Shown here: positions 1 to 7,594 of the stretch, piece after piece
Position numbering within the stretch: the stretch's first letter is position 1
How the letters are laid out: each line of letters opens with the position of its first letter
From: Candidatus Bathyarchaeota archaeon
GTDB taxonomy: Archaea; Thermoproteota; Bathyarchaeia; Bathyarchaeales; WAQA01
NCBI GenBank assembly: GCA_015520475.1
Contig: WAQA01000185.1
Span: 3,505-27,504 of the forward strand
DNA length: 24,000 nt
Direction of reading: 5' to 3'
Made by a program: the position numbers and the translations under genes
Notes under the pieces: model-generated
Databases searched by the model: none
Told to the model about the DNA's origin: nothing
Seen by the model: the letters and a program-made list of their open reading frames with translations, nothing else

Positions 1-1307
1 CCGAGGATTACGGATATTACAGTACAGTCTTCAAGAAGATTCGGGAGCTTGCCAGAAAGTTTGGGTATGGATTTACGAAGGCTGTTTCTCAAGTTGCGGA
101 TGCTATGAAGCCTCCTCTGAAGGATATACTTGTTAGATGCACCGAGATATTCTCGAATCCTAACCCGAGAGGATACCTTGAGCTTGAAGCCTCAATGATA
201 TTTGAGGAGTACTCAAGCTATTACTTCGGAGCTATTGAAGCCCTCAAGGTTCTAGGTGGAATATTCAGTACCTTCCAAAGCGTTGCCATATTCGTAATTG
301 TAACAATGAACATCCTCACAGTGTTCATGGATAATCCAAACACTATATACTTTGCATATGCAATCTCAATATGTATACTCCTAGTTATGTATCTGGGTAT
401 AAGGGCTGTTGTTCCAAAGGATATAATCATCTATATTGACAGGAGGGATCCTCCAAGGCTTTATACCCTCTTCAGGTTAACCTTGCCTCTTGCGATTGCA
501 GGTTTAGCCCCTGCAATGATAATTTATATGCGGTATGGCCCTCCATACGCTATGCTGGCTCTAGGCTCCATATTGATCATACCTGGATGGATAGCTCAGA
601 AACTTGAGGGTTTCGTGTATAAGGCTGACGAGCATTATCCAACCTTCATAAAGTCTCTCGGAGAGAATATGGCTTCAACGCTAAGTCTCAAGTCAGCGTT
701 GAATTACAGTCTTAGAATGGAGATTGGTCCCTTGAAGAGTTTCATCAAGAGAGCGCTTGCTAGGATAAAGATTGGAATAAGTAATGAGAAGACGCTTGAC
801 ATGCTTGCTTCAGAGATAGCCTCACATAGGATCCACATGGCAAATAAAATCTTTATAGATGCTGTAAATTATGGAGGGAACCCCCTCGTTGTAGGGAAGA
901 TTCTAGGGAACAGTATCATAAAATTTCTTGAGTTCAGGAAGAGGAGGCTTTCAGTTGCAAAGAGTATAGAAGCCATAATCGTTCTTCTGCAGCCATTAAC
1001 CGTTTCCCTCCTTATAATCCTGGCTTTCCTGTCAAGATATTTCTCTAAGGGTCTATCTTCTCTGCCATACCTCTCTTTAGGGGAGATCCCTCTACCTATA
1101 ATCGAAGCTGGAAACATCATAATTATCCTGTTCGTCACGTTCATAAATGCTCTAGCGATAAGAGAGGTTAAAGGCGGCTTCTGGGGAAAGTTCCTCTTAT
1201 ATGCTGGTGAACTGCTTATTCTTAGTGGGGCGGCATGGATAGGTGCTGGTATGCTGATGAACTTCGCTTTCGGCGAGTTGATGTCAAGTTTCAAGGAGAT
1301 GTTTTAA
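1..1307 (+). CDS. Type IV pilus/archaellum-type assembly platform membrane protein (FlaJ/TadC/PilC-like, T2SS-F type), 5' end outside window
   Basis: The frame of listed ORF 105..1307 stays open back to nt 3 (EDYGYYSTVFKKIRELARKFGYGFTKAVSQVADAMK...), so the gene enters from upstream. It is a polytopic membrane protein in which soluble helical segments alternate with TM blocks, as in T2SS-F/FlaJ proteins. The family call comes from pattern memory. Confidence 0.6.
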   Translation, partial: EDYGYYSTVFKKIRELARKFGYGFTKAVSQVADAMKPPLKDILVRCTEIFSNPNPRGYLELEASMIFEEYSSYYFGAIEALKVLGGIFSTFQSVAIFVIVTMNILTVFMDNPNTIYFAYAISICILLVMYLGIRAVVPKDIIIYIDRRDPPRLYTLFRLTLPLAIAGLAPAMIIYMRYGPPYAMLALGSILIIPGWIAQKLEGFVYKADEHYPTFIKSLGENMASTLSLKSALNYSLRMEIGPLKSFIKRALARIKIGISNEKTLDMLASEIASHRIHMANKIFIDAVNYGGNPLVVGKILGNSIIKFLEFRKRRLSVAKSIEAIIVLLQPLTVSLLIILAFLSRYFSKGLSSLPYLSLGEIPLPIIEAGNIIIILFVTFINALAIREVKGGFWGKFLLYAGELLILSGAAWIGAGMLMNFAFGELMSSFKEMF

Positions 1308-1347
1308 TGGTTCGAATTATTGATCCATGGCTTTGGCTCATAAACAC

Positions 1348-1354
1348 TTTATAA
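1348..1354 (+). promoter_or_regulatory. Candidate TATA box for the winged-helix gene
   Basis: TTTATAA lies about 34 nt upstream of ATG 1385. GGTGA at 1375-1379 could serve as a Shine-Dalgarno (SD) sequence. Confidence 0.35.
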
Positions 1355-1384
1355 CTTTTTATCTACGTAGATAATGGTGAGATT

Positions 1385-1663
1385 ATGAAGAGACGTTCGA
1401 AATTGGAGATATATTTGGACTTGCTTATGGCGGTCTCCCAGACAAGCAAGCCTACAAGAATTGGTAACCAAGCTAACCTTTCATGGAGAGATACGAAGAA
1501 GCATCTGGAATTCTTGGTTTCACAGGGCTTCGTCACGGTTGTTAAAGGGGAGAAGGAGAGGAGAATAGAATATAGACTGACGAAGAAGGGGTTTGAGGCT
1601 TTAGAGGCTCTTCGAAAGGTGACTGGAGCCCTCTCACCTAAATTAGCGATTCAACAGGTATGA
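1385..1663 (+). CDS. Small winged helix-turn-helix DNA-binding protein (HTH_45-like)
   Basis: 92 aa. KLEIYLDLLMAV...KPTRIGNQANLSWRDTKKHLEFLVSQGFV...YRLTKKGFEALEAL matches the archaeal single-domain wHTH pattern. A TATA-like box and an SD lie upstream. Confidence 0.6.
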   Translation: MKRRSKLEIYLDLLMAVSQTSKPTRIGNQANLSWRDTKKHLEFLVSQGFVTVVKGEKERRIEYRLTKKGFEALEALRKVTGALSPKLAIQQV

Positions 1664-1667
1664 CCGT

Positions 1668-1991
1668 TCAAAGTCCAAATGTTACCAGATTCACCACATT
1701 ATTTACGATGACCGCTGATACTATAAACGTTAGCAGATAAAGGATAATCACCATCGCTCTCCGAATCCATTTAACGTTATATTTATCTCCTAGATAGGAG
1801 GTGAGAAGCCAGGAAGCCGTGAAGATAACTCCTACCAGAATCTTGCTAATTACGTCATGACGATAATATGGGTTCAACTCAACATATAGTCCTGATTTCA
1901 GGGCGTAATCGGTTAGTACATAATCGGCTATATTCATCGAAAATATCAGAAGTAATAATATAAAGTGAATTTTTATCTCTCCTCTAAGCAT
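1668..1991 (-). CDS. Small integral membrane protein (DUF5658-like, E-x-N-P motif)
   Basis: 107 aa with about 3 predicted TM segments and the motif DYALKSGLYVELNP. A strong SD (GGAGGA) lies 6 nt upstream of the ATG (plus-strand tcctcc at 1998-2003). Confidence 0.5.
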   Translation of the reverse strand: MLRGEIKIHFILLLLIFSMNIADYVLTDYALKSGLYVELNPYYRHDVISKILVGVIFTASWLLTSYLGDKYNVKWIRRAMVIILYLLTFIVSAVIVNNVVNLVTFGL

Positions 1992-2026
1992 GCTCTCTCC
2001 TCCTAGACCATTATACCCCCACTCAC

Positions 2027-2227
2027 TTACATCTTACGAGACAATATCCTACCCTTCAAAACTTTCGAGTCAAGTATTAAGAGTCTTGCAAGGTCCATCC
2101 ATAAGTCGTTCTCATCTATGATCGAAAGCATCTCAGTTAATGACTTAAGTATCTCCCCAGGGAATGAATCCTCCCTCTTCGAATCCATTATAATTATGCA
2201 TCTTCCACTTTTACATAAATACTTCAT
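2027..2227 (-). CDS. Hypothetical 66-aa protein (start moved to the internal ATG of listed ORF 2027..2263)
   Basis: ATG at 2227 is preceded by GAGAGGAGGAGAG. The TATA-like TTAAATAT (plus 2249-2256) lies downstream of the listed start at 2263 and about 27 nt upstream of 2227. The gene is 35 nt upstream of, and co-oriented with, 1668..1991. No family was recognised. Confidence 0.4.
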   Translation of the reverse strand: MKYLCKSGRCIIIMDSKREDSFPGEILKSLTEMLSIIDENDLWMDLARLLILDSKVLKGRILSRKM

Positions 2228-2248
2228 CTCTCCTCCTCTCAAATCAAA

Positions 2249-2256
2249 ATATTTAA
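2249..2256 (-). promoter_or_regulatory. Candidate TATA box for the 2227->1668 two-gene operon
   Basis: The minus strand reads TTAAATAT, centred about 27 nt upstream of ATG 2227. This geometry suggests a leaderless or near-leaderless transcript. Confidence 0.4.
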
Positions 2257-2391
2257 GGTTCACTATTTTAATGGTCGGAAACCAGTTTCAGAAAGATGAT
2301 TAAGATTCAATCATATAGATCTTCATTCCATGTTCTGTTGGAATGTTATTCTCTAACTCTTCTTAGGTCCATGTCTTAGGTTCATAACCAC

Positions 2392-2399
2392 TATAAATA
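2392..2399 (+). promoter_or_regulatory. Candidate TATA box for the coiled-coil ORF
   Basis: TATAAATA sits within ctATAAATATTATATATg. The SD GGTGAGG at 2438-2444 lies 7 nt before ATG 2452. Confidence 0.4.
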
Positions 2400-2451
2400 T
2401 TATATATGATATAGCTGGTCTGAGAATCTGATGGGATGGTGAGGTTTACGG

Positions 2452-2679
2452 ATGAAGAGTCGTAAAGAGCGGATTGACAGGTTAGAGAGAAATCTTAAGG
2501 AGCTTAAGGCAAGCGTTATGGGATCATCTGTTGAGATGGCTAGGACGGTTGAGGAGTTGAGGAAGGCTTTAATCGATATTAGATCCGCCGTTAACGAGAT
2601 TGAGAATCTATTCGATGTGTTGAATGAGATTACGAATCGGAAGGATCTCGAGCCTGTACGTGCCTTCATTTCACCTTAG
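2452..2679 (+). CDS. Hypothetical small coiled-coil protein
   Basis: 75 aa, highly charged and heptad-like (RIDRLERNLKELKAS...VEELRKALIDIRSAVNEIENLF). It has its own TATA and SD. I prefer it to the antisense ORF 2400..2669, which is Ser/Leu/Phe-rich and has no signals. Confidence 0.45.
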   Translation: MKSRKERIDRLERNLKELKASVMGSSVEMARTVEELRKALIDIRSAVNEIENLFDVLNEITNRKDLEPVRAFISP

Positions 2680-2736
2680 ACTTTGATCCAAAGGTGGAGT
2701 GGGAGGTGATGTTGTAGCGTAGATCATAATCTTCTC

Positions 2737-3822
2737 TCAAGCTCTTCCAAGATGTCTGAGAAGTCCCTTCCAATCTACATACTCTGAGACTAACCTTTTA
2801 GCTTCGTTTATTCTTTTTTTATCGCTAACTCCTATCTTCCCCGTCAAGTCTTTAACGCGGTCTACGGTTGTATAGGTGTCATATGGAACTAGGATTATTG
2901 GAACGCCCTTCTTTTCAGCTTTAGCTATAACCCTCACGTCTGGATGTAGGTTTCCAGTTAATATTAGGGCTGAGGTATCCGTTTCCAAGGCTGCAAGCGC
3001 TATATCAGGTCTGTCTCCTCCTGTAATGACGGCTTTCCTCGGCGCCCTTCTAAAGTAGCGTATAGCGCTCTCCTGCGTCATAGCTCCGATAAGGTATCGT
3101 TCAACCATATTTGATAGGTTCTTCTCTCCGCATATTATCTCTCCATTTAAGCTTTCAGCTATCTCCTTGACTGTTGGAGCCGTTAAGGTTGTTGATTCAG
3201 GCATCAAACCCCAAACTTTGATTCCATTTTTCTCCAGTGTTGGAATAATTACCTTTCTTACTCGATTATCTATTGGGCTCTGAACCCTGTTGAAGATTAC
3301 TCCTGTACATTTCGTCCCCATCTTAGTAATGCATATATGCTCGAAGAGTATCTCATCGACAGCCGTATCTTGGTATGTTGTTGAGAGTAACAGTAGGTTC
3401 GAGTTGAGTATGCTGGCTAAATTCGCAGCCGATAGGTTCAGTGAGACGCCTAGGCATGGTTCATGAAGAGCCTCTATAATCATCAAGTCTTTGCTCTCAG
3501 CCACTTTTCTGTATGCCTCTGTTACTTTATCAAGCAATCTTCCTTCTTCTTCCTTCGAGTACTGATCTAGATAGTGATATTCAAGTAGTATCGGCGTTAT
3601 CAGGTTCAACGGCTCCTCCAAGTTCAATGTTTCCTTCATCAGAAGCGTATCCTCATCTATTGGTTCCTCGTTGATGGACGCTGTGTGCCACCCTAGAGGC
3701 TTGAAGTATCCGACGTTAAAGCCTTCCTCCATAAACTTAAGCGCTAATCCGAGGCATAACGCTGTCTTTCCAATTGACTGTCTAGTAGCCGACACTACAT
3801 ACAGACTTGGAACATCACTCAA
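2737..3822 (-). CDS. BioD-like P-loop plus DRTGG domain protein (phosphotransacetylase N-terminal-module homolog, no PTA catalytic domain)
   Basis: The N-terminus LYVVSATRQSIGKTALCLGLA is a BioD/CobQ-like loop. The C-terminal part AVITGGDRPDIALAALETDTSALILTGNLHP...GVPIILVPYDTYTT is DRTGG-type. A TTG start lies 11 nt after the stop of the upstream synthetase gene. Confidence 0.75.
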   Translation of the reverse strand: MSDVPSLYVVSATRQSIGKTALCLGLALKFMEEGFNVGYFKPLGWHTASINEEPIDEDTLLMKETLNLEEPLNLITPILLEYHYLDQYSKEEEGRLLDKVTEAYRKVAESKDLMIIEALHEPCLGVSLNLSAANLASILNSNLLLLSTTYQDTAVDEILFEHICITKMGTKCTGVIFNRVQSPIDNRVRKVIIPTLEKNGIKVWGLMPESTTLTAPTVKEIAESLNGEIICGEKNLSNMVERYLIGAMTQESAIRYFRRAPRKAVITGGDRPDIALAALETDTSALILTGNLHPDVRVIAKAEKKGVPIILVPYDTYTTVDRVKDLTGKIGVSDKKRINEAKRLVSEYVDWKGLLRHLGRA

Positions 3823-3833
3823 ACCTTTTCATC

Positions 3834-5966
3834 TCACATTATGGTTATCTTTACGTCTAGGGCTAACACTCCCTTATTATCTTCATAAACGAAGAGCGGG
3901 TTAATATCAATTTCAGCTATCTCCTTAAAGTCCATGGATAGCTGGGAGATCCTAAGTATGGTATCTGTAATAGCGTTTATATCTGCACTCTTCTCTCCTC
4001 TAACCCCTCTGAGCAAAGCATAAGATTTTGTTTCAGTTATCATCTCGTAAGCTTCCTGTGTTGAGATGGGTGCAAGCCTGAAGGAGACATCCTTTAAGAT
4101 ATTAACATATATCCCGCCTAATCCAAACATTATAAGTGGACCGAACTGTATGTCTCTGTTCATACCTACTATCACTTCTCTGCCTACAGGAACCATCTTC
4201 TGTACTTCAACACCGAAGATTCTTGCCTCAGGCATAAAAAGATTTGCGTTTCTCATTATCTCATTGAACGCCTTTACCACTTCCTCTTCCGACTTTAAGT
4301 TTAATTTTACTCCTCCAATATCTGTTTTGTGGAGGATCTGAGGTGAAACTATCTTCATTGCCAACGGATATCCTATCCTATTCGCTGCTTCCACTGCCTG
4401 TCTAACGTCTTGGGCGAGTTCACTTGGAGGAACAGGGATCCCGTAGGCCTGAACTATCTGCCTTGCCTCTACACTTAATAGGTTAACTCTCCTCTCCCTC
4501 TTAACTCTCTCTATTATTCTCCGGACAGATTCTCTATCTACATCGAATGTTGGAAAGCTCTCATCAATTCTCCTGTTCAGGATTTCGCCATACTCTATTA
4601 TGCCTGAAAGAGTTGACACAGCCTTCTCTGGATGTGGATAAACAGGTATCCCTGCCTTCTTTAGAATTTTAATAGCCTCTCTTACTCTTTCTCCACCCAT
4701 AAAGACCGCGAGTATAGGTTTCTCTGGAAATTTAGATTTTATGGTTACTATCTGCTTTGCCGTTTCTATAGGCTGGGTCATCGCTTGAGGAGTTAATATT
4801 ACAACGGCTGAATCTACGAAACGATCTGAGAGAACAGTTTCTAACGCAAACTTGTAACGGTCTGCAAGGGCGTCTCCAAGTATATCGACTGGATTGGTCC
4901 ATGAAGCCTCCTCCGGTAAGCCTTGACGTAGGGAGTCGATTGTCCCTGGAGAGAGCCATGCCATCTTAAGGTTATGCTGGGAGCAAGCGTCTGCCGCCAC
5001 TATGCTTGGCCCTCCGGCATTGGTTATTATCACCACGCTTCTTCCCTTAGGTATCGGCTGGGAGGAGAACGCTATTCCAAGATTGAAGAGTTCCTCTATG
5101 GATTTTGCTCTGAGCACTCCACATTTTCTGAAGGCTGCGTCATAGGCGACTCCGCTGCCAGCTATTGATCCAGTATGTGACGCAGCGGCTCTTGCACCTG
5201 CATCTGAAACTCCAGACTTTAAGATGACAACGGGTTTCTTACGGGTGACTTTAGGTGAGATCTCAAGAAATCTTCTTCCATCCTTTATTCCCTCCAGATA
5301 TATCAGTATAACCTTTGTCATAGGATCCTCGGCTAGTAACTCCATGAAGTCTGTCTCATCCATATCAGCCATGTTCCCTAAGCTTATAATATTGCTGAAT
5401 CCTACCTCTTCCTCTGCAGCCCAATCTAGAATGGCAGTGCAGAGAGCTCCACTTTGGGAGATAAATGCGATTCCTCCCCTGCTCGGCATTTTAGGAGCGA
5501 ATGATGCATTCAGGGGAGTATACGTATTTATAAGTCCTAAACAGTTAGGCCCTAAAAGGCGCATATTATATCTTTTACATATCTTAAGGAGATCTGCTTC
5601 TCTCTCCATACCTTCTATACCTATCTCTTTGAATCCTGCTGATATAACTATGAGGCCTTTAACACCTCTCTTTCCAGCGTCCTCGGCTACTTCAGCCACT
5701 ATCTCGGCTGGAACCGCCACTATTCCCAATTCAACATTATCTTCCACATCCAAGAGGCTGTGATAACATTTCAAACCTAAAATCTTCTCTGCCTTCGGGT
5801 TTATGGGGAATATCTTGCCCGTGTAACCGCAGTTCTTAAGGTTCCTTACAATCTCATGACCTACTGCCCCCTCACTGCGGGAGGCCCCTATCACAGCAAC
5901 TGAGGATGGAGAGAAGAACGCCTTTCCAATATCCGCTAAACGTTCGCTTCTACCTCCTTGATCCAT
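3834..5966 (-). CDS. acd: Acetate--CoA ligase (ADP-forming), fused alpha-beta type (NDP-forming acyl-CoA synthetase)
   Basis: 710 aa. The N-terminus has a CoA-binding Rossmann motif (SVAVIGASRSEGAVGHEI). The phosphohistidine loop is ARAAASHTGSIAGS. The C-terminal ATP-grasp part is IGYPLAMKIVSPQILHKTDIGGVKLNL. Confidence 0.9.
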   Translation of the reverse strand: MDQGGRSERLADIGKAFFSPSSVAVIGASRSEGAVGHEIVRNLKNCGYTGKIFPINPKAEKILGLKCYHSLLDVEDNVELGIVAVPAEIVAEVAEDAGKRGVKGLIVISAGFKEIGIEGMEREADLLKICKRYNMRLLGPNCLGLINTYTPLNASFAPKMPSRGGIAFISQSGALCTAILDWAAEEEVGFSNIISLGNMADMDETDFMELLAEDPMTKVILIYLEGIKDGRRFLEISPKVTRKKPVVILKSGVSDAGARAAASHTGSIAGSGVAYDAAFRKCGVLRAKSIEELFNLGIAFSSQPIPKGRSVVIITNAGGPSIVAADACSQHNLKMAWLSPGTIDSLRQGLPEEASWTNPVDILGDALADRYKFALETVLSDRFVDSAVVILTPQAMTQPIETAKQIVTIKSKFPEKPILAVFMGGERVREAIKILKKAGIPVYPHPEKAVSTLSGIIEYGEILNRRIDESFPTFDVDRESVRRIIERVKRERRVNLLSVEARQIVQAYGIPVPPSELAQDVRQAVEAANRIGYPLAMKIVSPQILHKTDIGGVKLNLKSEEEVVKAFNEIMRNANLFMPEARIFGVEVQKMVPVGREVIVGMNRDIQFGPLIMFGLGGIYVNILKDVSFRLAPISTQEAYEMITETKSYALLRGVRGEKSADINAITDTILRISQLSMDFKEIAEIDINPLFVYEDNKGVLALDVKITIM

Positions 5967-6042
5967 CCCCGTCCCTCATATTATCTTGTATATTCCATCC
6001 TTAAAGGTTCCCTCAGACTTCAGAACAGATACAAATTAACAA

Positions 6043-6081
6043 TCTCTTAAGAGAATTAACTTAACAGATGTCTATAGACAT
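6043..6081. promoter_or_regulatory. Two perfect palindromes between the RDD gene end and the acd start
   Basis: TCTCTTAAGAGA (6043-6054) and ATGTCTATAGACAT (6068-6081), each verified as its own reverse complement. They lie about 80-120 nt upstream of the acd ATG at 5966. Confidence 0.3.
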
Positions 6082-6093
6082 ATACCTACTATT

Positions 6094-6600
6094 TCACCTC
6101 ATCTTAACTATTATTGTCTCTGAAATATAATTGAAGAGCCTCTGCTTCTTTGATGAGAAGAATATCCATCCTATAAGACAGTCTATTGGGAGCAGGAAGG
6201 ATTTCCCAATGCTCTCTATGGCAGCCTGTCCCATTCCAATAGGCTTACCATCCAATCTAGTAACCTTTATCTTCATAACAATCTTCCCAATAGACTGGCC
6301 AAATGCCCCTTCCATAAAAGTCCAATATAGGAAGTATAATATATTCCTCGTTCCGAGATCTGCAAATGGAATCCATCTGGGTATGTGAGGAATCATCATG
6401 TATCCTGGAAATGTCCATATCCACATGGTCCACCATCCTAAGAGAACCCCGATAACTATTACATCTATCAGCCACGCGATGAATCTATCTGCCCAGCTTG
6501 CTAGAATAGGCTGAGATAATAGGTCAACCGGCGATCCGCATCTTGGACAGAAAGAGGCTCCCTCAGGCAGTTTCTCCCCGCATCTCGCGCAGTATGGCAT
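6094..6600 (-). CDS. RDD-family membrane protein with N-terminal zinc ribbon
   Basis: The zinc ribbon is MPYCARCGEKLPEGASFCPRCGSP (CxxC...CxxC). It is followed by WADRFIAWLIDVIVIG and TM segments typical of RDD domains. Confidence 0.7.
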   Translation of the reverse strand: MPYCARCGEKLPEGASFCPRCGSPVDLLSQPILASWADRFIAWLIDVIVIGVLLGWWTMWIWTFPGYMMIPHIPRWIPFADLGTRNILYFLYWTFMEGAFGQSIGKIVMKIKVTRLDGKPIGMGQAAIESIGKSFLLPIDCLIGWIFFSSKKQRLFNYISETIIVKMR

Positions 6601-6764
6601 CGCAGCCCCCTCAAATAAACATCTTCTCCATCCTCTGAATCTTCATTTAAACTTATAAGAATTACATTTGCATCTCATCTGGTTGGCATTCTGCTGCTCC
6701 TCACCCTTTTCGGCCAAGAACATCTGAGAACCAAAGACAGTATCTCCTAAAAATATTTAGGTTT

Positions 6765-6772
6765 TCAAGTTC
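6765..6772. repeat. Target-site duplication, left copy (TCAAGTTC)
   Basis: This 8-mer directly abuts the left inverted repeat and is identical to 7518-7525. Confidence 0.85.
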
Positions 6773-6793
6773 GATACTGTTAAGATAAGGTTT
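6773..6793. repeat. Left terminal inverted repeat GATACTGTTAAGATAAGGTTT
   Basis: It is the exact reverse complement of 7497-7517. The transposase stop codon (6780-6782) lies inside it. Confidence 0.9.
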
Positions 6794-7361
6794 GTGATGG
6801 TGGTCTTTTTAGGGTTTGGTGTGTTCTTAGGTTGTTGTAGTAGTATGTGTAGGTTTCTAGGAAGAGCTTTACGCATCTTATGCCGCGTTTCCTCGATGGG
6901 AAGTTGTTGTAGAATCCTCTCGTCCGTTCTTTCAGTGTTCTGAACCACCTCTCAATTCGGTTTCTCATTCCATGTGTGATGTGCTTCCATTTTAGGCCTA
7001 GGCTCTGGAGGGCGTCCAGATACCATGGGCCCTTATCGATTAGGATTAGCGGCTTGTTATGGCATGATCTTAAGGCCTTCTTCAGTATGTGCTCAGCGTT
7101 CATTATGGAGCGTTGCCAGCTCGCATCGACAGCCAGAACCTCCCTCGAATCCACATCTATGGCTGCCCAGATGAACAAGTACTGGCCGTTCACCTTCAGC
7201 TTGGTCTCGTCCACCGCTATCTCCCCCCTAACCTTAGGCCTACAAGGATGGATAAGGCCCCTCAGCCTCTTAACCCAATAGTAGACAGCAACGTGGCTGG
7301 CAGGGATCAAACCAGTCCTCTCAGTCATACCCCTAAAACTCAGACCAGCCATATACATCAC
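6780..7361 (-). CDS. IS6-family DDE transposase (canonical-start ORF; the same frame is open up to 7460)
   Basis: IAVDETKLKVNGQYLFIWAAIDVDSREVL matches the DETY.K..G....L..AID hallmark. ILIDKGPWY supplies the second Asp and NRIERWFRTLKER the Glu region. The listed GTG start cuts into the predicted N-terminal HTH. Confidence 0.85.
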   Translation of the reverse strand: MMYMAGLSFRGMTERTGLIPASHVAVYYWVKRLRGLIHPCRPKVRGEIAVDETKLKVNGQYLFIWAAIDVDSREVLAVDASWQRSIMNAEHILKKALRSCHNKPLILIDKGPWYLDALQSLGLKWKHITHGMRNRIERWFRTLKERTRGFYNNFPSRKRGIRCVKLFLETYTYYYNNLRTHQTLKRPPSQTLS

Positions 7362-7496
7362 GCAAGCCCTAACCTTATACTCAACCGAAACCCTATTACG
7401 CCTGAATATCCTAGCCTTCTTAACGGCTTCGAGGAGCCACTCAAAAGCACCTACAACAGATCACCTCCAAAAGAGTAAGGCTCCCCGAAGCCACAA

Positions 7497-7517
7497 AAAC
7501 CTTATCTTAACAGTATC
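7497..7517. repeat. Right terminal inverted repeat AAACCTTATCTTAACAGTATC
   Basis: It is the exact reverse complement of 6773-6793. Confidence 0.9.
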
Positions 7518-7525
7518 TCAAGTTC
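7518..7525. repeat. Target-site duplication, right copy (TCAAGTTC)
   Basis: Identical to 6765-6772 and directly abutting the right inverted repeat. Confidence 0.85.
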
Positions 7526-7594
7526 TGCTGAATCTTAGGGTATTGCAGATGTGGTGATATTTTAAACCTTGAGATTAGAGTAAGAATCTTTTAC

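Larger units (their letters stand above)
6773..7517 (-). mobile_element. IS6-family insertion sequence, 745 bp, structurally intact ends
   Basis: It has perfect 21-bp terminal inverted repeats and an 8-bp direct repeat flanking both ends. A single DDE transposase ORF fills the element. Size and 8-bp duplication fit the IS6 family. Confidence 0.85.

Noticed and set aside
2118-2303. 61-aa plus-strand ORF overlapping the 66-aa minus-strand gene and its promoter.
   Set aside because: It is antisense to an ORF with better signals, has no SD, and has an Ile/Ser/Leu-rich low-complexity translation.
5224-5763. Long antisense ORFs opposite confidently assigned genes. Examples are 5224..5763 (179 aa), 20060..20722 (220 aa), 869..1294, 7089..7478, 6976..7281, 9753..10043, 16832..17122, 17459..17686 and 14051..14311.
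   Set aside because: Each lies fully inside a gene with strong family motifs on the other strand. Their translations are Ser/Leu/Pro/Ile-rich and low-complexity, with no SD or TATA signals. They are shadow ORFs.
6737-6746. ACAGTATCTC, a 10-mer identical to the IS right tip plus its first two flanking bases (7510-7519), lying 27 nt left of the insertion site. I also noted ACTGTTAAGGTTT at 13827-13839, which resembles the IR with a 5-nt deletion.
   Set aside because: These are isolated short matches with no extension on either side. They might be old scars or target preference, but that cannot be distinguished from chance without genome-wide statistics.
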